From Caldisericia bacterium (GTDB taxonomy: Bacteria > Caldisericota > Caldisericia > JAAYUI01): a DNA stretch of 64,000 nucleotides. Each line of letters begins with the position of its first letter. Positions within the stretch are counted from its first letter, which is position 1. The translations under genes were made by a program, and so were the position numbers. The stretch is taken from assembly GCA_963674785.1 (NCBI GenBank), contig OY771555.1, positions 992,001-1,056,000 on the forward strand, given 5' to 3'. The notes under the pieces were generated by a model. The model worked only from the letters and a program-made list of their open reading frames with translations. It ran no database searches and had not been told where the DNA came from. Below are positions 49,515-58,888 of the stretch, one piece after another.

Positions 49515-49999
49515 TCAGATGTTTCCTCCATCTCAGGTCTTAACCTCCCGAACCACACAACATCTCTGTATTGCCCTTCCGAGAATATGTGGCTTTTCAA
49601 TGTCGCCTCTTCTTCAAATCCAAGTTCAGAGGCGATGGATGTTAATGGATTATCAGCAATGATTCTTGTATGTACTCTATTAAGGTTTTGTGTATAGAAG
49701 CAGTATTCACAAACATTATCAAGTGCAACTTTCAGATATTCTTCTTTTCCATTTTCTGCTACGACAAATAATTCGGTGTGTCTTGATTTATAGTCTGTAT
49801 TATTGATTCCTATGAGCGCAACAACTGCTTCATCCTCATCCTCAATGATCCAAATCATGTTACAAACCTTGAAGGAATGAGCAAACTGTTCATCGATTTT
49901 CTCCTCTTCTGGGAGTGGTCTAATCGATGTGCATGGATGAGAGTAATCAAAATCTGTAACCCAAATTGGTAAGTTTCTTGTGTCCCCGCTTTCATTCAT
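49511..49999 (-). CDS. GNAT (RimJ/RimL-like) domain protein
   Basis: NLNRVHTRI...LGFEEEATLKSHIFSEGQYRD. Confidence 0.7.
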   Translation of the reverse strand: MNESGDTRNLPIWVTDFDYSHPCTSIRPLPEEEKIDEQFAHSFKVCNMIWIIEDEDEAVVALIGINNTDYKSRHTELFVVAENGKEEYLKVALDNVCEYCFYTQNLNRVHTRIIADNPLTSIASELGFEEEATLKSHIFSEGQYRDVVWFGRLRPEMEETSE

Positions 50000-50006
50000 G
50001 TAAAGG

Positions 50007-50070
50007 ATAATAAGCCAACAAAGCCTGTTTAGCAAGTAATGTTGACCTATTCGGGCTATCAATCTATAAT
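50007..50070. promoter_or_regulatory. back-to-back divergent sigma70 promoters
   Basis: minus: TTGCTA-17-TATTAT-7-ATG(49999); plus: TTGACC(50042)-17-TATAAT(50065)-9-ATG(50080). Confidence 0.7.
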
Positions 50071-50079
50071 CCGGTTGCT

Positions 50080-50784
50080 ATGGAAAACAATATTGATAAT
50101 AATGCTGTCGAAATAAGTAAAGAAGAAAAACCAATTGTCACCAAAGAAAAGAAAGGTTTTTTTGCAAACCTGTCTGAGAGTGGAAAAGAGCTTGTTGCAG
50201 AAACTGGAATTTTATTTTTAGCAGGTTTAATGTTTATTGTTCCAGTTGTTATGTGGGCTATAAACAGTGGTTTTTTTGGTGAGATTCTTTTATCTGGTAG
50301 GGGACATTTCTCACCATTTTTTGATAGATTACTTCTTTTATCCGTTATGTTCTTCACACTATATGTTGTTTCGTGGATCAAACCGGAAATGAAGTACAGA
50401 GCGTTGAAAGTCTTTGGTGTAATGGCGCTTCTTGCTCTTCTTTCGGTTGTGGCAATTCAGTTTGATAATGTGCTTGTTACAACAAGATCAGATGTAGCAC
50501 CTCTTATGAACAGGTGGTTTTTCACGACTCCTGCGTATATTGTCACAAGCTTGACCGCCGTATTTACATCAGAGTTTCTCTATATTGGGTGGCAGTTTTT
50601 TGCTACACTTGCTGCTTTTCTGATCATTTCAGGAGTGTTGCTTTGGGACATTAAGGTTGAACTTGCTGGGACATGGAAAAAAGCAATCCAGATGTGGATT
50701 TTGTTTGAAGTAATCTACCTGATTTTGTTCTGGTTAATTATTCAGTTCCTTGGTTGGCCGATGTTCCCACCTGTTGCAATCTAG
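50080..50784 (+). CDS. hypothetical integral membrane protein
   Basis: 5-6 hydrophobic segments; consensus promoter upstream. Confidence 0.7.
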   Translation: MENNIDNNAVEISKEEKPIVTKEKKGFFANLSESGKELVAETGILFLAGLMFIVPVVMWAINSGFFGEILLSGRGHFSPFFDRLLLLSVMFFTLYVVSWIKPEMKYRALKVFGVMALLALLSVVAIQFDNVLVTTRSDVAPLMNRWFFTTPAYIVTSLTAVFTSEFLYIGWQFFATLAAFLIISGVLLWDIKVELAGTWKKAIQMWILFEVIYLILFWLIIQFLGWPMFPPVAI

Positions 50785-51509
50785 TCCGAGCAAGCACGAA
50801 TAATTGCAGAAAAACTTTCAGTAGAAAGTGATGCTCCGCCGACAAGGAATCCGTCTACTTTTGACTCTCTGAGACCGAGAACATTTGATTCCTTTACAGA
50901 TCCACCATATAGAACTGTGAAGATCGTGTTTTTCTGTAGACGTTTTGCTATATCTTTGATAGCAGATACTGTGTCTCTGATTTCAATTGGATCAGCAGTC
51001 ACTCCAGTTCCAATAGCCCAGATAGGTTCGTAGGCTATTATGAAGTTGTTACCTAGTTTCAATCCTTCAAGTGATCTCATGAGTTGGGATGAAAGGATAC
51101 CAAATGTCCTTCCTGAATTTCTTTGTTCTAAGGTTTCCCCGATACAAAGGATTGGTTTGATGTTGTGTCTGAGAAGTGCGACAATTTTCCTTCTGATTGT
51201 CTCATCACTTTCACAGAAAAGCTGCCTTCTTTCAGAATGACCAACTAGACACCATTTACAACCTAAGTCCTTCAGTTGCGTTGGTGAAGTTTCACCTGTA
51301 AATGCTCCATTGTCCTCATAATAGCAATTCTGAGCACCCACATCGATTTTTGTTCCCTGAGTTTTCTCGATGACCCTTGAAAGCGATACATGAGAAGGAA
51401 TCACACCAGTACTTATATTTTGCGGTAGTTTTATCTTTGCAAGATGTTCCACGAGATCAATAGCCTCGGTTGTTGTGAGGCTCATTTTCCAATTACCTAA
51501 GATTAGCAT
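50781..51509 (-). CDS. tpiA: triosephosphate isomerase
   Basis: GNWKM, GHSERR, AYEPIWAIGTG, LYGGSV, LVGGASL. Confidence 0.97.
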   Translation of the reverse strand: MLILGNWKMSLTTTEAIDLVEHLAKIKLPQNISTGVIPSHVSLSRVIEKTQGTKIDVGAQNCYYEDNGAFTGETSPTQLKDLGCKWCLVGHSERRQLFCESDETIRRKIVALLRHNIKPILCIGETLEQRNSGRTFGILSSQLMRSLEGLKLGNNFIIAYEPIWAIGTGVTADPIEIRDTVSAIKDIAKRLQKNTIFTVLYGGSVKESNVLGLRESKVDGFLVGGASLSTESFSAIIRACSD

Positions 51510-51569
51510 ACACCTCTCCTATGATGGATATTTGTAACTATTGTAATCCCAAAGGAGTATTTTTACAAA

Positions 51570-52916
51570 TTAATCTTCTTGGTCACCTGGAATCTCTTTA
51601 TTTACCATAACCCTGACTTTTGTGATTCTGAATTTCTTGATCTTGTCTATGATGAAGGTTATGTCATCCTCAACAACTCTTTCCTTCAGTTTTCCAAGGT
51701 GTCCGAGTTTGTCGTTGATGAATCCGGCGATTGTGTCATATTCTTCATCAGAGATTTCAGTTCCTAAGAAATCATTCAGATCTTCAATCTCGGTGTCACC
51801 GGGGAAAATGTAGGTATTTTTGTTGACTTTGATGATGCCGTCCATCTCTTTGTCGTATTCATCCTGAATCTCACCAACGAGTTCCTCAAGAAGATCTTCA
51901 AGGGTTACCAGTCCCGAAACACCACCATATTCATCAACGACAATCGCAAGGTGGACATGAGTCAGTTGCATTTCGCTGAACAGTTCAGAAATATGCTTGG
52001 TTTCATGAACAAATTTTGTTTTTCTTATTATTCCAGGGATGCTGAAGTTGTTTTCCCCAGATGCAATGTAAGGTATGAGGTCTTTTATGTGGACAACACC
52101 TTTTATGTTGTCAGTTGATTCCTCAAAAATAGGTATTCTGGAAAACCCTGTTTCTCTGAATGTCTGGATGAGCTGAGCAAGATTACTTTCAATTGGAAGA
52201 ACAGTCATGTCAACCCTTGCAACCATGACATCTCGAACGGTTGTGTCTCCAAACTCAAAAACCCTTTCGATCATCTCGCGTTCACCCTTGGGGATTATCC
52301 CCTCACGGTGTGAGACATCAAGCATTGCCTCAAGTTCTTGCTCTGATACAACTGATTGATCTCCTGGATCTTCTTTTACATGTAAAATCCAGAGCATTCC
52401 TGATGTGAACTTCTGGAAGAGCCACACGATTGGAAAACAAATAAATGTTGAAAAAAGTACTGGGTAATAAACGATTTTTGAAACTGCGAAGGGCTTTCTT
52501 GTGGCAGCAGTTTTGGGAAGCATTTCACCAAATAGGACAATTACTGCTGTCATTATTGGTGTAACCCAAACAACAAATGAGCCAGCATGTGCTGCCATTG
52601 CAGGGGCTTTTGTACCAGCTTCAGCTGCAGCTTCAGCAGCTTTTTGTAAGGATAAAGACAGCTTTAATGCTATGTCCGTTGCAAGTACCGTTGCTCCAAT
52701 GTTTACTAGGTTATTGACAATGAGTATTGTTGTGAGGGTTGTTTCTCTTTTCAGTCTCAGTTTGAGAATGCTCCCTGCCAGGGCAACTCCCTTGTCTGCC
52801 ATTTCTTTAAGCTGAATCTTGTTTGATGAGATCAGCGCTGTTTCAGATGCTGAAAAAATTGCCGATAAAATTAATAATCCAATTAATGCTAAAATGCTAC
52901 TACTTTGAGGGTCCAT
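51570..52916 (-). CDS. CNNM/HlyC-CorC family CBS-domain transporter
   Basis: [40 protein letters not shown]. Confidence 0.92.
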   Translation of the reverse strand: MDPQSSSILALIGLLILSAIFSASETALISSNKIQLKEMADKGVALAGSILKLRLKRETTLTTILIVNNLVNIGATVLATDIALKLSLSLQKAAEAAAEAGTKAPAMAAHAGSFVVWVTPIMTAVIVLFGEMLPKTAATRKPFAVSKIVYYPVLFSTFICFPIVWLFQKFTSGMLWILHVKEDPGDQSVVSEQELEAMLDVSHREGIIPKGEREMIERVFEFGDTTVRDVMVARVDMTVLPIESNLAQLIQTFRETGFSRIPIFEESTDNIKGVVHIKDLIPYIASGENNFSIPGIIRKTKFVHETKHISELFSEMQLTHVHLAIVVDEYGGVSGLVTLEDLLEELVGEIQDEYDKEMDGIIKVNKNTYIFPGDTEIEDLNDFLGTEISDEEYDTIAGFINDKLGHLGKLKERVVEDDITFIIDKIKKFRITKVRVMVNKEIPGDQED

Positions 52917-53313
52917 ATTTCTCCATTATTACCCATAGTGTGGGTGTGATTATTATTGATACTAGGAGCACCCCGGGGGAACTCCAAGCGTAATTTGTAA
53001 AGATTATTAGACCAACTATTGCTGATCCTATTGAGATCACAAGTACAGCAGATGCTGAAACATCAAGGGCTGCTCTTGGATTTTTGTGTCCCTCAGCGAG
53101 TCTTTCGATTGCAGTGTTGAAAAGCTCAGCACAAAGCACTGAAAAAATGCACATAAGAATTATCGCAATGTGTGTAAGTGAGGGTTGGTAATAAATCATA
53201 CAAAGAATAACAATCGCCATCGATGCAAGATGTCTTCTGAAATTGGGTTCTTTCCAGCCAACAGAAAAACCTATGAATGCACGTTTGAAAGATCTCTTAA
53301 GAGTGTGATTCAT
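52900..53313 (-). CDS. dgkA: diacylglycerol/undecaprenol kinase
   Basis: EPNFRRH, AELFNTAIE, ALDVSASAVL; ybeY neighbour. Confidence 0.85.
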   Translation of the reverse strand: MNHTLKRSFKRAFIGFSVGWKEPNFRRHLASMAIVILCMIYYQPSLTHIAIILMCIFSVLCAELFNTAIERLAEGHKNPRAALDVSASAVLVISIGSAIVGLIIFTNYAWSSPGVLLVSIIITPTLWVIMEKYGPSK

Positions 53314-53746
53314 TGTACTCCCTCAAAATCTTCTCCCCAATCTCAATTACGTTTTCTCTCTCGTCTTCTGTTTCATGGTGAGTTCCAGAGAGGTGTAGGA
53401 GTCCGTGAGAAATTAGGAACAGAATGTATTGTTCAAGTGATCTGTCGTCTTTGGTTCGTTCTGCATATGGGACGCTGACCGCTATCTCTCCTGCATGAAA
53501 GATTCCATCAGGTGAGATGAATCCATCTTCAAACGATAGAACATCAGTTGGGGCATCAACATTACGAAACTCATTATTTAGTTTCTGAATCTCGTTGTCG
53601 TCTGTTAGCAAGATGCTGACAGATACAGGGTTAGTGACAGAAAAGAATTTTGGAATTACTGATAAGACAAAGTTTTGGATGCTACTTTGATAAGGACCAG
53701 ACTCAGGTCCTGAGACATCACAACTGTCGCTACTTTGCTTTTCCAT
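53297..53746 (-). CDS. ybeY: rRNA maturation endoribonuclease
   Basis: LNNEFRNVDAPTDVLSF; HGLLHLSGTHH. Confidence 0.93.
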   Translation of the reverse strand: MEKQSSDSCDVSGPESGPYQSSIQNFVLSVIPKFFSVTNPVSVSILLTDDNEIQKLNNEFRNVDAPTDVLSFEDGFISPDGIFHAGEIAVSVPYAERTKDDRSLEQYILFLISHGLLHLSGTHHETEDERENVIEIGEKILREYNESHS

Positions 53747-55839
53747 TACTCTTTCAATTCCTTATCCGTCGGGTATGGAACCCTTTCGTGTCTTGTTGAC
53801 GCAATCTGATTTGTCAGGGCAACTTTTACTTTGCTAAGTTCATCCAAACTGATTGGACAATCAGAAAGCTGTCCATCATTTATACGGTCTTTTATAATAC
53901 TGTCTACCAAATCTTCAATCTTGCTTCGCTCAGGTTTTCTTGCCCTGGCTGCTGATTCAGCAGCATCAGAGATCATTACGACTGCCTCTTCAATTGTTTT
54001 TGGTTTTTCACCTTTGTATCTAAAATCGGTTTTTCTGCAAAGTGGGTCAGTCTCTTTTGCTTTCATGTAGAAATATTGTACCACAGTGGTTCCATGATGT
54101 GATGATATGAAGTTTGTTACCTCAGGAGGAAGTCCATAACTACTAGCGATGTCATGACCCTCTTTGATGTGTTTAGTGATAATAAGCGTTGACATCGTTG
54201 GAGTGATTTCCTCGTGGGGATTTGCACCAGTCTGGTTTTCGATGAAGAATTCTGGATGTTTTAGTTTTCCAATATCGTGGTAGTATCCACCCACTCTTGC
54301 AAGAAGTGAATTTGCACCGATTGCCTCACAGGCAGCAGATGAAATATTTCCGACAAGAAGTGAGTGTTGGTAGGTACCAGGAGCTTCAAGCATGAGTCTT
54401 TTCATAAGAGGTGAATTGAGGTCTGAAAGCTCAAGCAGATGGAATACAGTCGACTCGTTTGTGATTCGCTCAAGAAGTGGAGTTAGACCAAAACCAAGGG
54501 CGATTTGAACAGCGGTCGAGAATGCGGCATATCCGCCCATAATGAAGATATGTGTGAGGTCGGTTGTAAAAAGCCAGTAGAAGATGAAGAGAATTACTGC
54601 TCCAAGCATGCTGTACCCGGCAACAAGAAAGAAATCAGAAAATCTTTTGACTCGGTCAAGGTGCAAACAAGTGAGTAATGCCAGTACACCATATCCGATT
54701 ATGAGGGCGATGATTCCATGGCTTTCTGTGAACCCAATTCTTGAATAGATTGCCATAATGGGGGCAAGGAACAGAAGGGTTGGTATGGAAATCTTTGTTC
54801 CCAGGAATATCGACATGATAAATGCTATGAATGGGATTGGAACAAGGAATGGATTTATTGGAACAAGGAATCTTGAGGATACGATGAAGAGAGTAATGAT
54901 TATTGTAAAGAGAACCATTCGTTGTCTGTCGATAAACACTTTTGGATCAAACCAGAAAAGAAGGAAGTATAAACCAAGTATCACGATAAACGGAAGAACA
55001 AAGATGATTGCCCATTTTCTTGGGTCGTCAACTCTTGATGATATCCCAAGTTTTTCAATTGTTTCAATGTCCTCGGAAGAGATAATCTCACCCTCATCAA
55101 TTAGGATTTGATTTTCTTTTATCTCCTTCATAATAGGGGTTACTTGGTTTCTGACATCCTCCCTGGCTTCTTTGGTTGCCTCGATGTCTTCTTGAAGATT
55201 TACCTCAACCAACTGGATACAAACCTCTAGCATCGATTCATGGTAGATGGGTGGGATATCTGATTGTTTGAGTGCGAAGTCTAGCGACTTATCTCTGCTT
55301 TCGTATCTTTCTTGTGTTACGCCTTCATTCATAATATCGGAGACAATAGTTTGAATTGTGTCTTTGATTTCATTGAACTCAAGCCTGTTTAGACCCGCAA
55401 AGGTGAGAAGCGTTTGATCTTTTAGTTTGATGTTCAGATCAGGGTTTTCTGACATTCGAAGCTTGATTCTGACGGCTCTTTCTCTGTCAGTTACAAAATC
55501 TTCATCCGATTCATAGTTAACGTTTTCGATTATCGGAAAAAGCTGTTCAAAAGAGTTTTCAGAATGTTTTGTTACCGATGTGATCTTCTTGTATATCGTG
55601 TCAACCTTTTCGGCAGCTTCTTCCTGTGCGTTTTTTGTTGCTTCCTCATCAACAATCGAGGCATCTTTCGGTGAGACAATAACTTGTGGGGCAACATTTC
55701 CGGCTCTCAATACAAAAGAAAAACCCGGATAGAAAAGGGACATCAAACATAAACTAAGAGATATATATACTAACGCGGCAGAAACCCAAACGATCGGGTT
55801 TTGCAGCGGACCATTTTTTTTGTGTTTTTTCTTTCTCAT
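53746..55839 (-). CDS. 7TM-HDIG phosphohydrolase (PgpH-like c-di-AMP phosphodiesterase family)
   Basis: EAPGTYQHS, YYHDIGK, FFIENQ, HHGT; extracellular domain followed by TM helices. Confidence 0.9.
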   Translation of the reverse strand: MRKKKHKKNGPLQNPIVWVSAALVYISLSLCLMSLFYPGFSFVLRAGNVAPQVIVSPKDASIVDEEATKNAQEEAAEKVDTIYKKITSVTKHSENSFEQLFPIIENVNYESDEDFVTDRERAVRIKLRMSENPDLNIKLKDQTLLTFAGLNRLEFNEIKDTIQTIVSDIMNEGVTQERYESRDKSLDFALKQSDIPPIYHESMLEVCIQLVEVNLQEDIEATKEAREDVRNQVTPIMKEIKENQILIDEGEIISSEDIETIEKLGISSRVDDPRKWAIIFVLPFIVILGLYFLLFWFDPKVFIDRQRMVLFTIIITLFIVSSRFLVPINPFLVPIPFIAFIMSIFLGTKISIPTLLFLAPIMAIYSRIGFTESHGIIALIIGYGVLALLTCLHLDRVKRFSDFFLVAGYSMLGAVILFIFYWLFTTDLTHIFIMGGYAAFSTAVQIALGFGLTPLLERITNESTVFHLLELSDLNSPLMKRLMLEAPGTYQHSLLVGNISSAACEAIGANSLLARVGGYYHDIGKLKHPEFFIENQTGANPHEEITPTMSTLIITKHIKEGHDIASSYGLPPEVTNFISSHHGTTVVQYFYMKAKETDPLCRKTDFRYKGEKPKTIEEAVVMISDAAESAARARKPERSKIEDLVDSIIKDRINDGQLSDCPISLDELSKVKVALTNQIASTRHERVPYPTDKELKE

Positions 55840-55844
55840 GATGT

Positions 55845-55869
55845 GGGGGTCAAGCCCAGAAAGACCCCC
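55845..55869 (-). other. hairpin between rpsU and the HDIG gene
   Basis: GGGGGTC...GACCCCC, no T tract on the coding strand. Confidence 0.4.
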
Positions 55870-55881
55870 AATTATCTTCCT

Positions 55882-56058
55882 TTACTTCCTACTTTTTTTT
55901 ACTTTTCTTGCTCTTTTTTTCTTACGTAAGATTGATGGAGGGATAAAGTATTCTCTTTTTCTGATCTCGGTAAACAGTTTATCTTTAAGACAAATCTGCT
56001 GGAATCTACGTAACAATCCGTCGAAACCTTCGTTATCTTTCTTTTTGACTTCTTTCAT
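55882..56058 (-). CDS. rpsU: 30S ribosomal protein S21 (not in ORF track)
   Basis: MKEVKKKDNEGFDGLLRRFQQICLKDKLFTEIRKREYFIPPSILRKKKRARKVKKSRK; AGGGGGTG RBS; typical position after hit. Confidence 0.9.
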   Translation of the reverse strand: MKEVKKKDNEGFDGLLRRFQQICLKDKLFTEIRKREYFIPPSILRKKKRARKVKKSRK

Positions 56059-56096
56059 TTTGCTCTATCACCCCCTTTCATTCGGCCGACTTACAG

Positions 56097-56426
56097 TCAT
56101 GGCCAGCTCAACTCTTGTCCGCCAAGGATGTGAATATGGATATGGAAAACAGTCTGCCCAACACCAGCACCGGTATTGATGACAGTTCTATAATCATTTC
56201 CCACACCCAGTTTCTGGGCAATTTTGGGGACAACAAGCAGAAGCTTGCCAGCCAGCTCGGAATCATTAAGCTCGTTCAAACTAGAAATATGCTTTTTAGG
56301 TATAACAAGAACGTGGGTTTTGGCTACAGGATTAATATCCCTGAAAGCCAAAACATCATCGTCCTCATACACTTTTGTAGATGGTAATTCGTTATTTATG
56401 ATTTTGCAGAAAATACAGTCTTCCAA
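56097..56426 (-). CDS. histidine triad nucleotide-binding protein
   Basis: DCIFCKI; GQTVFHIHIHILGG. Confidence 0.95.
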   Translation of the reverse strand: MEDCIFCKIINNELPSTKVYEDDDVLAFRDINPVAKTHVLVIPKKHISSLNELNDSELAGKLLLVVPKIAQKLGVGNDYRTVINTGAGVGQTVFHIHIHILGGQELSWP

Positions 56427-56428
56427 AT

Positions 56429-57010
56429 TTATTGCTCCTGATTTTCTGGGTTGCTTTCAATTTCTGGTTCAGGTTCTGATTCAGCAAGCTTATCAGTGTT
56501 ATCGGTTTCTTCTTCATCAGATGGAAATGCAATTGAGGCTGCAGGCCAGAATGCGAGCATCACGGATGCAGGAAGTGACCAGGTGAGTCTCTTTGTGAAA
56601 ACGTATTCTGCAACGATTGCAATAATCGAAACACCCAACCAGCCAATAACCGATGAGAGAAGTGGAGATTTTGTTTTTTTGAGTGTTGTTGAATAAATGA
56701 CGTAACCGATTGGCCAGAAAACACATGCTGGTGCAAGCAAAGTTGACCATGTAAGTGTTCCTGTCTGGAGAAAATTGGTCAAGAGAAGCATGAGTGCAAG
56801 GATAGATGCTCCGGTGATGTGCCTTAAAAAACTATCTGGAAGGTATGTAAAAACGACTGTCTCAAGTGGCCATACTGCAAAAAGTGTTATTGTTCCCCAG
56901 AACCATGTGAGTTCACCCATAGTTTCTGCTCTATTCATATAGAATGAAATAGCAACAAGTACCACAAAACCAACAATCGAAAACCATATCGAAGCGTTAT
57001 TTTTTTTCAA
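56429..57010 (-). CDS. hypothetical membrane protein with repeated TW...WP TM hairpins
   Basis: six TM segments in three similar units; acidic tail. Confidence 0.65.
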   Translation of the reverse strand: MKKNNASIWFSIVGFVVLVAISFYMNRAETMGELTWFWGTITLFAVWPLETVVFTYLPDSFLRHITGASILALMLLLTNFLQTGTLTWSTLLAPACVFWPIGYVIYSTTLKKTKSPLLSSVIGWLGVSIIAIVAEYVFTKRLTWSLPASVMLAFWPAASIAFPSDEEETDNTDKLAESEPEPEIESNPENQEQ

Positions 57011-58176
57011 ACCTTTTCTCCAATCAAGATGTTTCCTTCGATTCCTATTATCTTGCAGACAACCAATTCCCCCTGAGCAACTTCACCGTTTATCCTCACA
57101 CGATTGTAAGAACCTGTGAATCCACCAGAGTCTTTTTCTACAAGGACAGAAACCCGACTGCCTATGTTATCACAAAGTGCTTTTAAAGCAAGGGTGTTTG
57201 CTAAATCTCTGGCTTTTTTTGCACGATTTGTGACTGTCTCGCTGTGAACGGGTTTCATATTAAATGCATCAGTATTTGGTCTTGGTGAAAACGGGAAAAC
57301 ATGGCATTTTGAAAATCTGGCTTTCTCCATTATGTTGAGAGTTTCATTGAAATCATCCTCTGATTCACCTGGGAAGCCGATGATTATGTCTGTAGTAATT
57401 CCGACATCTGGGTTTGTTTTTTTTGCCGATATGACAAGAGACATGAAGTGTTTACTTGTATATCCTCTCCTCATTTTCTTTAGGATGTTATTTGAACCAG
57501 ATTGTATTGGCAGATGAAGATGTGGGGCAACCTTTGGAAACTTTAGAATTTCGGATACAAGTTCTGGTGTAAGATGTCTGGGATTGAAAGATGACAAGCG
57601 AATTCTTTTGATGTCTGTTTTTGAGAGTTTTGAAAGCAACTTCGTCATCTCATTAAAATGACCAATCTCTGTACCACATAGTACAACCTCGGGGTGCCCA
57701 TTTTCAGCAAGTTTTTCAACTTCATGAACGATCTCTGAAAGTTCTCTATTTCTGGGTTTCCCTCGAAGTGTTGGGACAATGCAGTATGAACAATAATTTG
57801 AGCATCCATATTGAATCGCTACCATTGCCCTTGTGTGTCCGCTGAAATTTGAAATCATCTTGAGTGTTTTTCCATCAAACCCAACTAAGCTGGGAAGCAT
57901 TTCAAGATTGTTTGGAGGGAGTTTTGCAACTGTTGTCTCAGAGTTTTTTGAACCGGCACATCCAGCTGCGATGATTGTTTTTTCGTTCCTATATTTCTCA
58001 ATCAGTCTAAAACACTCAGCCTGAGCTCTTTGAGTTACAAGACATCCAACAACAAATAAAATCTCGGAATCATCAATTTCTGTTTCAATGCCACCAAAAC
58101 TGATCATCGACTCCCGAATAATTTGAGCCTGATACTGGTTTACTTTGCACCCAAAAGGGACTATCGAGAAATTCAC
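57007..58176 (-). CDS. mtaB: MiaB/MtaB-family radical SAM methylthiotransferase, likely MtaB
   Basis: GCKVNQY, GCSNYCSYC, HLHLPIQSGS, HVFPFSPRPNT; follows rsmE. Confidence 0.85.
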   Translation of the reverse strand: MNFSIVPFGCKVNQYQAQIIRESMISFGGIETEIDDSEILFVVGCLVTQRAQAECFRLIEKYRNEKTIIAAGCAGSKNSETTVAKLPPNNLEMLPSLVGFDGKTLKMISNFSGHTRAMVAIQYGCSNYCSYCIVPTLRGKPRNRELSEIVHEVEKLAENGHPEVVLCGTEIGHFNEMTKLLSKLSKTDIKRIRLSSFNPRHLTPELVSEILKFPKVAPHLHLPIQSGSNNILKKMRRGYTSKHFMSLVISAKKTNPDVGITTDIIIGFPGESEDDFNETLNIMEKARFSKCHVFPFSPRPNTDAFNMKPVHSETVTNRAKKARDLANTLALKALCDNIGSRVSVLVEKDSGGFTGSYNRVRINGEVAQGELVVCKIIGIEGNILIGEKV

Positions 58177-58886
58177 TTTTTCCCTTCGATGAGTGCAAGA
58201 ATTTGTGAGAATGTTACGATGGATGCAAGTTGAGTTCGTAGTATCCTTGGTCCAAGTGTTATTGGTTTAAATCCGTTCTTGAGGGCAAAAGCGATTTCAT
58301 CATGTGCAAGCCCTCCCTCTGGACCAATGACAACGGTTATTGTTTCCTGGTCACCTGCAAGTGTGGATGATATATAGTTGTCTCTTTCAAGCTCCCAGGG
58401 GATGAGTTTCTCTCCTGAGCTTGCAAGTATTGCTTCATCAAATGGAAGCGGAGGAGCAATTTTTGGAATGATCTCTCGACCCGAAAGTCCTGCTGAGGAT
58501 TCGGCGACTTTTTTTAGATGCTCGAGTTTTCTGTTGAGTCTTTCTCCACGCATCTTGTGTTGAATTCTGCTTGACTCTGCAAGCTGAATTTCAGAAACAC
58601 CGAGTTGTGTACAAGTTTCAACAATTCCACTTAGTTTGTCAGGTCTTGTAACACATTGAACCAGAATCAGTTTTTTGGGAAGTTCAACTGAAAGTTCAAC
58701 CCTTGAAATGACCTCTAGACCAACAACTCTTGCCTCAGAATCAATCGAGTCTATTTTTGCAAGAAATCTTCTTCCAAGTCCTTGAATGACTTCGATTTCA
58801 TCACCAGTTTTTAGCCTTAAAACGTTGATCGCATGATGATAGTTGTCGTTTTCGAGAAAATAGTCTTCCACGTAGAATCTGTGCAT
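58173..58886 (-). CDS. rsmE: 16S rRNA m3U1498 methyltransferase
   Basis: HHAINVLRL, VIGPEGG, LGPRILRT. Confidence 0.93.
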   Translation of the reverse strand: MHRFYVEDYFLENDNYHHAINVLRLKTGDEIEVIQGLGRRFLAKIDSIDSEARVVGLEVISRVELSVELPKKLILVQCVTRPDKLSGIVETCTQLGVSEIQLAESSRIQHKMRGERLNRKLEHLKKVAESSAGLSGREIIPKIAPPLPFDEAILASSGEKLIPWELERDNYISSTLAGDQETITVVIGPEGGLAHDEIAFALKNGFKPITLGPRILRTQLASIVTFSQILALIEGKK

Positions 58887-58888
58887 TT

